64,000 nt of DNA from Oligoflexales bacterium (GCA_045106415.1 JBGCEP010000004.1:1-64000), one strand, 5' to 3'. Positions 38,724-49,014 are shown, numbered from the stretch's first letter. Numbers and translations: made by a program. The notes: a model not told the origin generated them from the sequence alone.

Positions 38724-40910
38724 TCAGTTGCCTGAACTTATCTTCAAAGCACAAGAGTTAAGTTCTGCAATGATTTTTTTTGATGTAATTGGTTTTGTGA
38801 CAAACCGATTCATGCCAGCAATAAAACATCTTTCTTTATCTTCAGGTAAGGCGTTTGCCGTCATTGCAATAATAATTGCATTTTTTGATGCATGATTTTC
38901 AGAGTTTCTAATCTGTGTGGTGGCATCAACACCATCCAAATTTGGCATCTGCATATCCATTAAAATCACATCGAATTTTTGATTTCTTGATTTTGTTACT
39001 GCTTCAACTCCATCATGAGCGAATACAAAAGAAAGTTTAAATTTTTCTAAAAAAGCACCTAAAATATCCCGATTTGTACTGTTGTCTTCAGCGACAAGTA
39101 TTTGTAGTTTTTGGGCTTCTGAGGTTAGTTTATGAGTATCGTTATTTTCTAAAATATGATTTTTTGTGAGACTCATTTCGATAGCAAAAGAAAAAGTAGT
39201 CCCTTCATTCTGTATAGAGTGGACATGTATTTCTGATCCCATAAGTTCAATAATGCGTTTGCAAATTGTTAAACCTAACCCTGTTCCACCATATCTACGA
39301 GTTGTAGAAGAGTCTTCTTGTTCAAAAGGCTGGAAAAGTTTGTTGAGGCGATGAGGGGAAATACCTATTCCTGTATCTTGCACAGAAAATTTTATTGTAT
39401 GGTGTGATTCTGTTTTCTTAATTGTTTCAACAGTTGTAAGGATATGACCTTCGTGCGTAAATTTCACAGAATTTCCGATAAGGTTTAATAAAATCTGGCT
39501 TAATCGCGTGGGATCACATAAAAGAAGAGGACTATCAAAATTTTTGAACTCAGTTCTTATTGCTACAGATTTTTTTTGACCTATAGAAATGAATATGAGC
39601 GCTACTTCTTGTGTAATTTTTTGAATATCAGATGGAAGACTTTCTAAAGAAAGTTTTTTTTCTTCGATTTTTGAAAAATCTAGAATATCACTAATAATAG
39701 AAAGTAAAAGTTTGCTGCTTTTTTCTATAACACGTAGCTTCTCTTTGGGGTAATTTGATGCTTCGTCGTTTATCATGAAATCAGCAGACCCAATTATACC
39801 ATTGAGGGGAGTGCGGATTTCATGGCTCATATTTGCTATGAATTCTGAGCGGGCTATTAAAGCTTGTTCTGCACGGTTTTTTTCTTTCTCTAAATCAGCA
39901 GTCCTGATTTTTACTTTTTCTTCAAGATGACTGTTTGCTTTTATATTTTCAGTGTTTTTTTCGTCAAATGCAATAGCAATAATTTCAAAATCATCATTGG
40001 AACCTATTGGGTAACAGCTGATATTGCCCTCTTTAAGGTGCGTGTTTTGAATTCTATCAACTAAAACTTCAATAGGTCCGCTAATAAGAAATCCTATTTT
40101 TTTTGCTAAATAAATAGATGTAAAAGTAGAAAATAAGATAGATAATAAAATTAGGACTATAGATGTAATTAATATTTGATAATAAGGGTTTTTTTCGTTG
40201 AAAACATTTATTTTTATATTTGGGCTTTTAATGATAGAGGTGTTTTTTGTGAAGTGAGAACTTCCTGCTTTATATAAGTTATTGATGTCTCTATCTGATG
40301 AGAATATTTTGATGTGATTATAATATAGTTCGAAGTATTCTTCTTTTTCATGCAATTTTTTTAGCGATAAATTTAAGTCGAAATAAGCTGCGAGAAAACC
40401 TTGTTTTTTACCATAGTATTGAATTGGAGCAACAAGGAACATAGAGTTTTTAGATAAAATTTTAAAAACTTTATGTTGTGAAGATTTTAAGACTATTTTG
40501 TCTTTAAATTCTTCTAAATAATTCTCTCCTGTGTAAGCAAGAAGAGATCCGTGATTATCAAAAATAGATAATCCTAATAAATCAGGTCTTTTTTTATCTT
40601 GAATAAAGCTATCAAAGCTTTGAAAATTGTATTCTAACAAGGAAGTAATAATCCTTGGTTCAGAGGCTAGGTTTTTTATTTGATTTGCAAGAATATCAAA
40701 AGTGATATCTATTTGTTGTGTTTTATGGTTTACGGCTATTCTGTCACTTTTTTTAATTTCATTTTGTAATGTATATAAATAAACAGATGAACTTAGAATA
40801 AATGATGTTGCCATCACCGAAATGAGTGAAAGAAAAACATAACGGTTTATTCTTTTGGAAAAACGACCTTTGTAAGAATTTACATTGTTATTTCCCAACA
40901 ATATCTCCAT
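38724..40910 (-). CDS. Membrane hybrid sensor histidine kinase (periplasmic sensor, HisKA, HATPase, REC)
   Basis: Two TM helices; FIANMSHEIRTPLNG, NLIGNSVKFT, DTGIG, GGTGLGL; receiver EDN...DMQMP...KP. Start uncertain (40910 or 40943). Confidence 0.92.
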   Translation of the reverse strand: MEILLGNNNVNSYKGRFSKRINRYVFLSLISVMATSFILSSSVYLYTLQNEIKKSDRIAVNHKTQQIDITFDILANQIKNLASEPRIITSLLEYNFQSFDSFIQDKKRPDLLGLSIFDNHGSLLAYTGENYLEEFKDKIVLKSSQHKVFKILSKNSMFLVAPIQYYGKKQGFLAAYFDLNLSLKKLHEKEEYFELYYNHIKIFSSDRDINNLYKAGSSHFTKNTSIIKSPNIKINVFNEKNPYYQILITSIVLILLSILFSTFTSIYLAKKIGFLISGPIEVLVDRIQNTHLKEGNISCYPIGSNDDFEIIAIAFDEKNTENIKANSHLEEKVKIRTADLEKEKNRAEQALIARSEFIANMSHEIRTPLNGIIGSADFMINDEASNYPKEKLRVIEKSSKLLLSIISDILDFSKIEEKKLSLESLPSDIQKITQEVALIFISIGQKKSVAIRTEFKNFDSPLLLCDPTRLSQILLNLIGNSVKFTHEGHILTTVETIKKTESHHTIKFSVQDTGIGISPHRLNKLFQPFEQEDSSTTRRYGGTGLGLTICKRIIELMGSEIHVHSIQNEGTTFSFAIEMSLTKNHILENNDTHKLTSEAQKLQILVAEDNSTNRDILGAFLEKFKLSFVFAHDGVEAVTKSRNQKFDVILMDMQMPNLDGVDATTQIRNSENHASKNAIIIAMTANALPEDKERCFIAGMNRFVTKPITSKKIIAELNSCALKISSGN

Positions 40911-42966
40911 TTTTACTAAACTTTGCAAAATTAATATCTTCACTACTTAAAGCATCTTGTTTTTCGATATTAAAAAAAGGTTTGTGATATAAACGAAAGA
41001 GACCGTCGTATGTTTGCATAGATCGAAGATGTTTTTTTATTGAATTTCTTTCATAAGATAATCCTTTTTGAATAGCAAAAGAAAGCATTTTGATAAGCTC
41101 ATAAGTATGAATAGTTGCGAAAGGAGCAGGTGTGACACGGTTCTGAGTTGAGAAGTGTCGTGTGTATTTTTTGAAGAAATCATAAGCTTTGGTGTTATGT
41201 TTTTTGTTGTCTGGCTTAATATATGTTTGAAGAAAGACAAGAGGAACATTTTTAAGTTCTTTTTGAACTTGTGTCCAAAATCTACCACCTAAAATACCCC
41301 AATGAGAAACGATAGGTATTGGTTTTTTAAGCTGAGTAATTTTTTTGATGAGATGAACTCCCTCAGGGGAATTCCCAATATAAATAATGACATCGGATGA
41401 TGAGTTCTCTAAATATTGAATGATTTGAGAGAAAGATGATTCGCCCCACTTAAACCAGTAGGGTTTAATGAGATTTATATTCTTAGATTTTGCTTCTTTT
41501 GATATAGCTGAAAAATTACCTCGACCCCACGGGGTATCTTCTAAGATTAAAGAAATATTTTCTCCGTGCTGAGTGGCCTCTTTTAATAGAGCTTTTCCTG
41601 CATATTCATCACGCACTGAAAATCGAAAGTGATATGGATTTTTTTTAGAGATGATATTTGAGGCAGCAGCCCAAGGAATTAGATAAGGAATTTTATTTTC
41701 TTGGACGAATTTTGCTTCTTTTAAAATGACAGGGCTGTGCATTCCTCCTAAAAGAGAAACAACGAGAGGGTCTTTTGACAGTTCTTTTATATTATGAATT
41801 CCATTAGCTGGAAACCCTCCGTGATCTCTAATGTCGAGAACTAATTTTTTTTTCAAAAAATCATCACCATGATTGATTTCACTAACAGCAAGTTCGGCTC
41901 CTCTTATAATAGCTAGAGCAGAGTCTTTTGCTTCTAGTGAGAAACTTATATTGACACCTATCGCAATATTATTTTCTAAAGATTTAATGATATCTGGATT
42001 AATTAAATCTTTAAAAGAATTTAAAAGATGTCTGTAGCGAAAATAAAGTCCAGACATTTTTTTAAAAATTGAAGCTTTAAATGTTTGATCCATGATTGAA
42101 ATATGAATGTTTTTTTCTTTCATTTTCTTAATAATAAGACGTTCGTTATCTAAAGAATCTTTTCTTTGAAAATCTTTAGATCGCAGAAGTGATTTTTCAA
42201 TAATATTTTTGATGTTCTTGGGAATGTCTTTAAAAAAAACATCACTCATAAGTGATATATATGCAATGTATCCGTGATTAGATAGAGATATGTGTTTGTG
42301 AGTTTCATATAGCTTCATAGCACTGAATGAGGACAATGAATTTTCTTGAATATCAAATTCATTACTTTTAAATGAACTGTGAAGAGAGTGAAAATCAATG
42401 AATTTTGGGAAAGCGTGAAGATGGATAACTTGTGATTTTAAAATATGACTTTGCATGACACGGAATATTTTTCCGCTAAAATCATTAATACCATGTAGAC
42501 GGGATTTAGAAATCATCTGCTTAAATCCTGATTCCCAATAAGAGACAGGAGATAAGCCATGTTTTAAAAGTTTTTGCGATATTTTTTTACCAAAAGGGCC
42601 ATCGAGTGCTGTGTGTATTTTTTTTCTGTTATTAAATAAGTAAGGTATATCTAATATTCTGATCTGAGGGGCAAGAGAGGTTATTTTTGATGTTGGTGTA
42701 ATAGAAATAGAGAGCTTTCCGTCTTGAACCATTTTTATCATCTGAACATCTGTACCTAATTCTTGATTAGGGTGAATTTTAACATGAATTTTATTATGAG
42801 AATCTCTTTCGACTATTTCTTTGAAGTAAGTAGCTCCTCGATGTATTGAGCTATTTACAGGCATATTGTGTCCAAGGCTTATTTGATAAACTTTATCGTT
42901 TAATGAAATTTTGTAGACAGTAGCACAAAGAACGAAAAAGCATAAATAAAATGGAATTTTATTCAT
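40888..42966 (-). CDS. Fusion of a DctP-type TRAP solute-binding domain and a LivJ-type (PBP1) binding domain
   Basis: N-half GHNMP...HPNQELG...WESGFKQ...FRVM...QEN matches DctP. C-half GAELAVSEIN...RDHGG...LGGMHSP...IPWAA...FRFSVRD matches PBP type 1. Confidence 0.82.
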   Translation of the reverse strand: MNKIPFYLCFFVLCATVYKISLNDKVYQISLGHNMPVNSSIHRGATYFKEIVERDSHNKIHVKIHPNQELGTDVQMIKMVQDGKLSISITPTSKITSLAPQIRILDIPYLFNNRKKIHTALDGPFGKKISQKLLKHGLSPVSYWESGFKQMISKSRLHGINDFSGKIFRVMQSHILKSQVIHLHAFPKFIDFHSLHSSFKSNEFDIQENSLSSFSAMKLYETHKHISLSNHGYIAYISLMSDVFFKDIPKNIKNIIEKSLLRSKDFQRKDSLDNERLIIKKMKEKNIHISIMDQTFKASIFKKMSGLYFRYRHLLNSFKDLINPDIIKSLENNIAIGVNISFSLEAKDSALAIIRGAELAVSEINHGDDFLKKKLVLDIRDHGGFPANGIHNIKELSKDPLVVSLLGGMHSPVILKEAKFVQENKIPYLIPWAAASNIISKKNPYHFRFSVRDEYAGKALLKEATQHGENISLILEDTPWGRGNFSAISKEAKSKNINLIKPYWFKWGESSFSQIIQYLENSSSDVIIYIGNSPEGVHLIKKITQLKKPIPIVSHWGILGGRFWTQVQKELKNVPLVFLQTYIKPDNKKHNTKAYDFFKKYTRHFSTQNRVTPAPFATIHTYELIKMLSFAIQKGLSYERNSIKKHLRSMQTYDGLFRLYHKPFFNIEKQDALSSEDINFAKFSKNGDIVGK

Positions 42967-43008
42967 AAGGCCACCTAGTATAAAAAGATCTAGTTACAGA
43001 TAAGGTAT

Positions 43009-43036
43009 CTTTCGGTTTTATTTTGGATAAAATTTA
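43009..43036 (-). promoter_or_regulatory. Sigma-28-like promoter for the DctP-fusion / kinase pair
   Basis: Minus strand reads TAAA-N16-ACCGAAAG. Confidence 0.4.
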
Positions 43037-43207
43037 CCATTCTAATAATGGTCTTGCGATTAAAAATTGGTTTTCAAATCATTTTATTTATAGAGGTAAG
43101 TCAAAGATGTTGGGGTTATTGATTTTTATCATGTTGTTTTTTTAAAAGATTTAATAATTTTTTTGTATTTTTTAAATAAGATTCCCCCTTCAATTTTTCT
43201 TTCTGTC

Positions 43208-43235
43208 TTACGTGTTAGCGCTATTGCTCCGATAA
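43208..43235 (+). promoter_or_regulatory. Sigma-28-like promoter for the SpoIIE operon
   Basis: TTAC-N16-TCCGATAA; strong -10, weak -35. Confidence 0.45.
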
Positions 43236-43251
43236 GCTAAATAAAGTATTC

Positions 43252-45216
43252 GTGATAGGTTGTTCAGTGGTACCACAGGTGCATTTTTCGCAGTCTTTAA
43301 CATTTAAGCTGTTTCTATTAATGGCTTGTACCTTACTTGGTACTGTTGCTGTTATTACTTATAGAAATGCTGTTGAATTTCAGAATATTTTATGGGGGCA
43401 GCTCAGTGATAAAGCACAAACAGATAGTGAAACAGCTCTTAATTCGATTTCAAGCCAAGTCGATTTTTGGAAAGGTCATGTTCAGCAAATAGTAAAAGAA
43501 GCTGTTCAAACACGAAGATATTCAGCCCCAGCGGCAAAAGCTTTGATTAAAGCTTCTTCAGATATTGTATCTTTTCATCTTTTAGAAGAGAAAAATAAAA
43601 ATGTAAAAACCTTCACTTTTTTATTCACAGACAATAAAAATCAGAATCAGTTTGAAGATAAAGACCCAGATAAAATTGAAAAAATTATACGTTATGACAA
43701 CCAACTGTGGGTAAGAAAATCCTCAAAGGCTAAAAAATTAAAACAAATTTATTTAGTCAATGCTTCAACACGTCCTAAGCTTGGACTATTGAGGATAGCT
43801 GTTCCCGCAGTTGTGGGGAAGAAGAGAGTATGGGGAATTCTCACGGTCTGGCAAAGACCTTTGGCGTCGAGTTTACCAGTAAGTAAACAAACGGAAGCAT
43901 ATGTGATTAATAAGCGCGGAAGGCTGCTCGTCTCACAAGGAAGAAATATATTAAAACCGAAATCACTCCTAAAAGATGGTGTGACTCGTCTTGCTTTAAA
44001 AAGTTCTTCAAATGCAGGAATTTTCCGTGAAAAAAGAAAAGGCAGTAACATTTTAGCAGCCTATGCACGAGACGATGCACTTGGTTTTTCCGTTATCTTG
44101 AAAAGAGACCCTTCTTCAGGTATTGAGCAAATTAATCGAGAGCTTATGAGAACTTTACTTATGACTTCATTTGCTTTTTTAATCGCTATTTTTATAACAT
44201 GGGTTTTTGCAGACCAGCTCACAAGAAATTTGAGAATTTTAGTCGATTTAACCCAATTAATTGCATCAGGAAATTTTCAAGCGAGAGTGCCAGCAACCTC
44301 GAAGGATGAGGTTGCTGTGTTAGGAAACTCTATTAATAATATGTCGTCACGGATTGAAGAGCTTATGTCGGCTCAAATGGAGGCTGTGAGACAAGAAAAA
44401 GAGTTAGAAACAGCAAAAATGGTGCAAGAAACACTTTTCCCTAAAGAGAATATTAATCACGTATCTATTCGATTGACGGGTTGCTATGAACCAGCATCTG
44501 AATGTGGTGGTGATTGGTGGGGGCATTTTCAAACACAGAGCGGATTGCAGTTTTTTTGTGTAGCAGATGCGACGGGTCACGGGGTTGCTGCTGCTATTGT
44601 CACTGCATTAGCATTTTCATCTTGTATGACATTTGCTGAAGCTTGGTCTGAACAATATGCTGAAGATCCCGCTAAAATGCTGGAAAAAATGAATGAAGTT
44701 ATGTGGAGTGCGGGACGAGGAGTCACGACAATGACTTTTTTTGCTGCTTTTCTTAATCCTGAAACAAAAACACTAACTTTTGCAAACGCTGGACATAACC
44801 ATCCTTTTTTAATGCCTAAGTATGATACAGACCCTCGTTTGAATTCGAATAAAAAAGTAAAACCAAGAAGTTTAGTTTTACAAGCTAGAGGTATCCCTTT
44901 AGGTTTAGGTCCTAATGCATCATATAAAAACAAAGCTATTGAATGTGTGAATGATGACAAGATTTTTCTTTATACAGATGGTCTTATTGAATGTACAAAC
45001 CACCAAGGTGAAATGTATGGCAAAAGAAAAATGATGAAAAAAGTAGAGTCTCTTGTGGATCAGGACATTGATACAATTCGAGAGATAGCTCTAGAAGACG
45101 CAATGAACTTCTTTGAAGGCTACCCACAGGATGACGATATTACAGTTGTCGTTGCAGATATTATGCCAACAACGCCACTGAAAAAAGTGCAAATCGAAGG
45201 TGAGATGGATTCATGA
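43252..45216 (+). CDS. Membrane PP2C/SpoIIE phosphatase with Cache-like sensor and HAMP domain
   Basis: Two TM helices; HAMP (GNFQARV...DEVAVL...N.M); SpoIIE motifs GGDWW, DATGHG, NAGH, YTDGL, DDIT. Exact start uncertain. Confidence 0.92.
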   Translation: MIGCSVVPQVHFSQSLTFKLFLLMACTLLGTVAVITYRNAVEFQNILWGQLSDKAQTDSETALNSISSQVDFWKGHVQQIVKEAVQTRRYSAPAAKALIKASSDIVSFHLLEEKNKNVKTFTFLFTDNKNQNQFEDKDPDKIEKIIRYDNQLWVRKSSKAKKLKQIYLVNASTRPKLGLLRIAVPAVVGKKRVWGILTVWQRPLASSLPVSKQTEAYVINKRGRLLVSQGRNILKPKSLLKDGVTRLALKSSSNAGIFREKRKGSNILAAYARDDALGFSVILKRDPSSGIEQINRELMRTLLMTSFAFLIAIFITWVFADQLTRNLRILVDLTQLIASGNFQARVPATSKDEVAVLGNSINNMSSRIEELMSAQMEAVRQEKELETAKMVQETLFPKENINHVSIRLTGCYEPASECGGDWWGHFQTQSGLQFFCVADATGHGVAAAIVTALAFSSCMTFAEAWSEQYAEDPAKMLEKMNEVMWSAGRGVTTMTFFAAFLNPETKTLTFANAGHNHPFLMPKYDTDPRLNSNKKVKPRSLVLQARGIPLGLGPNASYKNKAIECVNDDKIFLYTDGLIECTNHQGEMYGKRKMMKKVESLVDQDIDTIREIALEDAMNFFEGYPQDDDITVVVADIMPTTPLKKVQIEGEMDS

Positions 45217-46721
45217 TAATAAAGTACTTCCTGCTTGTTTTATGGCTTGCTTTGATTGGTGTCAATATTTTGGCGTGGCAAAAAGTAGACTGGTTTTTTG
45301 ATCGTCATAAAGAACATAAGGCAATTTTAATGAAAGTGGATGGTCAAGTGAAATCCCGACCAAAAGATCTGACGATATGGAGAACTGCAGGAAAAGGTAG
45401 AAAGTTTTATGGAGAAGAAATCTTAGCGACTGAGAAAGATTCAACCGCTGTATTAGTGTTTCAAGGTGGAAGATCTATTGAGCTCGGCTCCAATAGCCAG
45501 CTGGCTATTGGGCAAAGTGAAGCTTCACCTTCTTCATCAGATACAGCTATGACCATTACTCTTCTTAAAGGAAATGCAAAAGTTGAAAATAAACCGACAA
45601 AAGACAGTGAAAATAAACCCCTTGAAGTTCAATCTGGGGATGTAGCGATTGAGCTTGATCAAAAAAATAGCTCAGTTATTCAATTGTCTAAAAGTGTGAA
45701 AAAAGAAACAGCAGATGTTTTTGTTGCTTCAGGATCTGCAAATCTTATTAATGTTACAACAGGTGAAGTCTCTAAAATTAATAAAAAAACACACTCAAAA
45801 CCAATAGAGCCAGAAATTGAAGAGCCCTCTGCTATAATCTCGTCACTGCCTAAAGTCTCAATCATATGGCCTCAAAACAGAATGTCGTTGTGGACGACTC
45901 GACCATTGAACGGCCAGAAGGGTTTTCTGCCTGTGAGAGTTGCGCTGCAAGGAGGAGGACCTTCTCAAGAGTGGGAAGCTTTTGTTTTGTTAGGACGTCA
46001 ATCTTATCCGGTTCAAAATGGCCAAGCCAAAATTCCAGTGAATTTTTTAAAAAATGCAAATACAACAACCTTAGGTTATCGTATTCAACTGCAGGTTGGT
46101 GCGCGGTTCCGCAAACCTTTATATCAAACTCAATCAGGACGGAAAGAAAAAATAGAGAGAAATATTGTTTCATTTGAAATTCGATCTCTTTTAGCGTTGC
46201 CTCCTAAAGTTCGCATATCACTGCCTCGTATTCAGCAGACACCCATTATGGAATCAGGATGGTTTTTACAAAAAGGAAAAAAATCACATAATCTGATTGT
46301 GAATATTTACTCCCATCAGGATATAGTTAAAATGGCACCTGTTTTAAATGCAGCAAAATATTTTCATATTGTTTCTACTCCTCCAGAGCCAAATGGAAAA
46401 GAGATGTATCTGAGTCGAGGAGGACAAATTATTGCTTCAGCTCAAGGCGTCAAAAACACACAGGACTTAAGGACACTTAAATCAGTATTAAATGCTGACG
46501 TTGTTTTTTATGGCCCTGCATCAGCTCTCCATCCTTTAACGTTTGATCAAAAAGGTTTGCAGATATTGAGGTCGAGAGAGCAAGTGTATGTTTCTTCTCA
46601 AGGAAGAATGAGCCCTGTCAAGACAGAGGTGCTTCTGGAGGATGCGGCTGCTAGAAATTTCGTTCTACAATCCGCAGACGGTGTGTTCCTTCAGCCTGTA
46701 CAAGTTTTGGAGGTTCGTTAA
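45213..46721 (+). CDS. FecR-like domain protein
   Basis: N-terminal TM helix, then G.VK.R....IW...ILAT..DSTA.L.F..G..IELG.NS.L pattern, plus an uncharacterised C-terminal region; ATGA overlap with the upstream gene. Confidence 0.7.
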   Translation: MIIKYFLLVLWLALIGVNILAWQKVDWFFDRHKEHKAILMKVDGQVKSRPKDLTIWRTAGKGRKFYGEEILATEKDSTAVLVFQGGRSIELGSNSQLAIGQSEASPSSSDTAMTITLLKGNAKVENKPTKDSENKPLEVQSGDVAIELDQKNSSVIQLSKSVKKETADVFVASGSANLINVTTGEVSKINKKTHSKPIEPEIEEPSAIISSLPKVSIIWPQNRMSLWTTRPLNGQKGFLPVRVALQGGGPSQEWEAFVLLGRQSYPVQNGQAKIPVNFLKNANTTTLGYRIQLQVGARFRKPLYQTQSGRKEKIERNIVSFEIRSLLALPPKVRISLPRIQQTPIMESGWFLQKGKKSHNLIVNIYSHQDIVKMAPVLNAAKYFHIVSTPPEPNGKEMYLSRGGQIIASAQGVKNTQDLRTLKSVLNADVVFYGPASALHPLTFDQKGLQILRSREQVYVSSQGRMSPVKTEVLLEDAAARNFVLQSADGVFLQPVQVLEVR

Positions 46722-46722
46722 T

Positions 46723-48240
46723 TTGAAATTTTTAAGGTTTGCTGTTTTTTTACTTTGGAGCATATCTGCTTATGGCGAGCATGTCGCGATACAGTGGCGA
46801 TGGAGCGATCCTTCTGATACCCCAAAAAAAGTAGAAGACAAAAGTGAATTTAAAAATCAATGGAAAGATACTTGCGCGACTCTTGGTAATTTTTTGAGAC
46901 CAGGACAAGGACCTTATGGTTGGGGGATTTTTTCTTCTTATACTTGCTTTATCAATAAAAAATATCAAAATGGAAAAAAGAAATTTAAAACACCTTGGCT
47001 TTTAGAGTTCTTACAAAGTTCCGATGAAATTGTGATTTCGCTTTATTATCAAGGTCAAAGTTCTTCTTTTTTACCACTTAATAATAAAAAACCGCTCTCT
47101 GTTGTTCGTCTAGAAAATTTTGATGGGATTGTTTCGATTTTAGGATCAAAAAAGTTAATACCTCTTCTTTTGGCAAATCTATGGGATCAGGCTCCTTTTG
47201 TTCGTAAAATTAAAGCAAGAAAAAGAAAGTATGAAAAAATATCAGGACCAAAGCCACCTCGTGTGGATCCTTTTCCTTTACCACCTGTGCCTGAAAAAAT
47301 AACTTTATATAGAATGAAAAAAAAGAAAGAAAAAGATGTTTATTGGGTAGGAACCCCTATTGCAGAAGGAGTATCTGATGCTTCCAATGTGACTTATTTA
47401 CACTCTGGGGTTTATGTAGGGCAACCCACTTGGGAGTTTGCTGAGCCGGTTGAAGCTTTAGAGGATTTATGGGTGCACAATTCTTTTGGAGCACTTTCAA
47501 TGCAAAAAGAGTTGAATAAACGTTTAAAAGACGCCATAAATTTAATTCAAGATATCGGTCTTTTAGGGGCGATAGCAGATGCTTTGTCCATGAGCGTATC
47601 AAGTGGGTATTTTGGTTTTCGTTATGGACAATCTATGGTGACGCAACAGTTCTTTGAAAACAATATGTCTATTATGAGTTTGTTGCTTGAAGTCAGGGCG
47701 GGTCCATTACAAGGTCTAAGATTTTATGCTGATTCTTGGCCAAGCTTTTCCCTTCCTACTGGTGTTGAATTTGGAGGAAATCGGCAAGTTCTTGGGTGGG
47801 CTTTTGGTACAGATGTCGGTCCTTTTTATATGGATTTAACTCCCACTTTTGGACGCTGGAGTGTACACATGGCAATACCTGTAGATGAATCTGTCTTACC
47901 TTTTGATCTTAAACAAGCACTAAGTGTAGGGATAGAAATGGGAACCGAATTGCAATTTGAGGATCATTTGTATCGCTTTGGTTATAGCAAGGCCTATTCA
48001 ATTCCACAGAGCAATCAGAAAACAGAGGTTTCTACGGCAAGATATGCTTTTGATTCGTTTCATAAAATTGGCCTTTTTGATCATGTTGAATCTTCTCTAC
48101 TTTTATTTTTAATCGTGGAGTTTGCCTCTTTTAAAGATTCAACAGAGCAAGACCCTGACTCGTTTGATATTACAGAGCGAATTGAAGACATAAGTTTTCC
48201 TTTTGCGTTTTCAGGCATAGGAGTTACATTTTCATGGTAG
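46723..48240 (+). CDS. Secreted protein with a probable C-terminal outer-membrane beta-barrel
   Basis: GGAGG RBS (46709-46713) before TTG 46723 gives signal peptide MKFLRFAVFLLWSISAYG; amphipathic C-terminal strands end in GIGVTFSW. Confidence 0.7.
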   Translation: MKFLRFAVFLLWSISAYGEHVAIQWRWSDPSDTPKKVEDKSEFKNQWKDTCATLGNFLRPGQGPYGWGIFSSYTCFINKKYQNGKKKFKTPWLLEFLQSSDEIVISLYYQGQSSSFLPLNNKKPLSVVRLENFDGIVSILGSKKLIPLLLANLWDQAPFVRKIKARKRKYEKISGPKPPRVDPFPLPPVPEKITLYRMKKKKEKDVYWVGTPIAEGVSDASNVTYLHSGVYVGQPTWEFAEPVEALEDLWVHNSFGALSMQKELNKRLKDAINLIQDIGLLGAIADALSMSVSSGYFGFRYGQSMVTQQFFENNMSIMSLLLEVRAGPLQGLRFYADSWPSFSLPTGVEFGGNRQVLGWAFGTDVGPFYMDLTPTFGRWSVHMAIPVDESVLPFDLKQALSVGIEMGTELQFEDHLYRFGYSKAYSIPQSNQKTEVSTARYAFDSFHKIGLFDHVESSLLLFLIVEFASFKDSTEQDPDSFDITERIEDISFPFAFSGIGVTFSW

Positions 48241-48242
48241 CG

Positions 48243-48953
48243 ATGAAATGGGTTCTCCTTAATCTTTTGTTTTGTAATATATTGTTAGGATCATCTGAAA
48301 TTATAGATATTTTAGATAAAAAAACAGAACGTATTCTTCAAAAAGGGAAAGTTTTTTTTCCAAGAAATGTATCTATTGTGAGAATGAAGAAGAAAAGAAT
48401 ATACGGGGTGTCTTTAAAAAAGATTGAGCAAATGAAAGGCGTCCATATTTTTGATGGAGAAACGTTAAATTGGTCTTGGCTTATGAATGGCTTGCGTTAT
48501 CAAAAAATGGATGAGAAGAAGTCCTATCATAATGTTTTTGAGTTGACTCATGCAGACGCTTTATTGTCTTCTCATAACAAAAAATGGGATGTGGTTGTTG
48601 CAGATAACAAAGAAATAAAGAAAATTTATCAGTCAGAAAAACCTAAAAAGATAGATAGGTATTCTTTAAAGTCCTGGCTCACGAAAGCATTTGGATATAA
48701 TGCTATGATGATTGCTCATCATAATAAATTTTATTATATAAAAGGTTTTGATTCTTTGAAAAAAGGGGATCAAGGAGTTGTTTTTAAAGAAAGTTCCGAT
48801 GTTAGAGTCGTTACAGATGAAGAAATTGTTGGAATTATAGAAATTTCTCACACGATCGGTCAATATGGTGTCGGGAAGGTAGTACTTGGGGAGTTTTTAG
48901 GTCTTGCTGAGGGAACTAAATTAAAAATAATCTCGAAAACAAAGCTAAACTAG
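48243..48953 (+). CDS. Hypothetical exported protein
   Basis: Signal-like MKWVLLNLLFCNILLG; starts 2 nt after the upstream stop. Confidence 0.7.
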   Translation: MKWVLLNLLFCNILLGSSEIIDILDKKTERILQKGKVFFPRNVSIVRMKKKRIYGVSLKKIEQMKGVHIFDGETLNWSWLMNGLRYQKMDEKKSYHNVFELTHADALLSSHNKKWDVVVADNKEIKKIYQSEKPKKIDRYSLKSWLTKAFGYNAMMIAHHNKFYYIKGFDSLKKGDQGVVFKESSDVRVVTDEEIVGIIEISHTIGQYGVGKVVLGEFLGLAEGTKLKIISKTKLN

Positions 48954-49014
48954 AGATGAGTTATGAAAATGTGGGTTGTCTAATTTTTTGTTTTATAGTG
49001 AAAATTGAGAGCGA

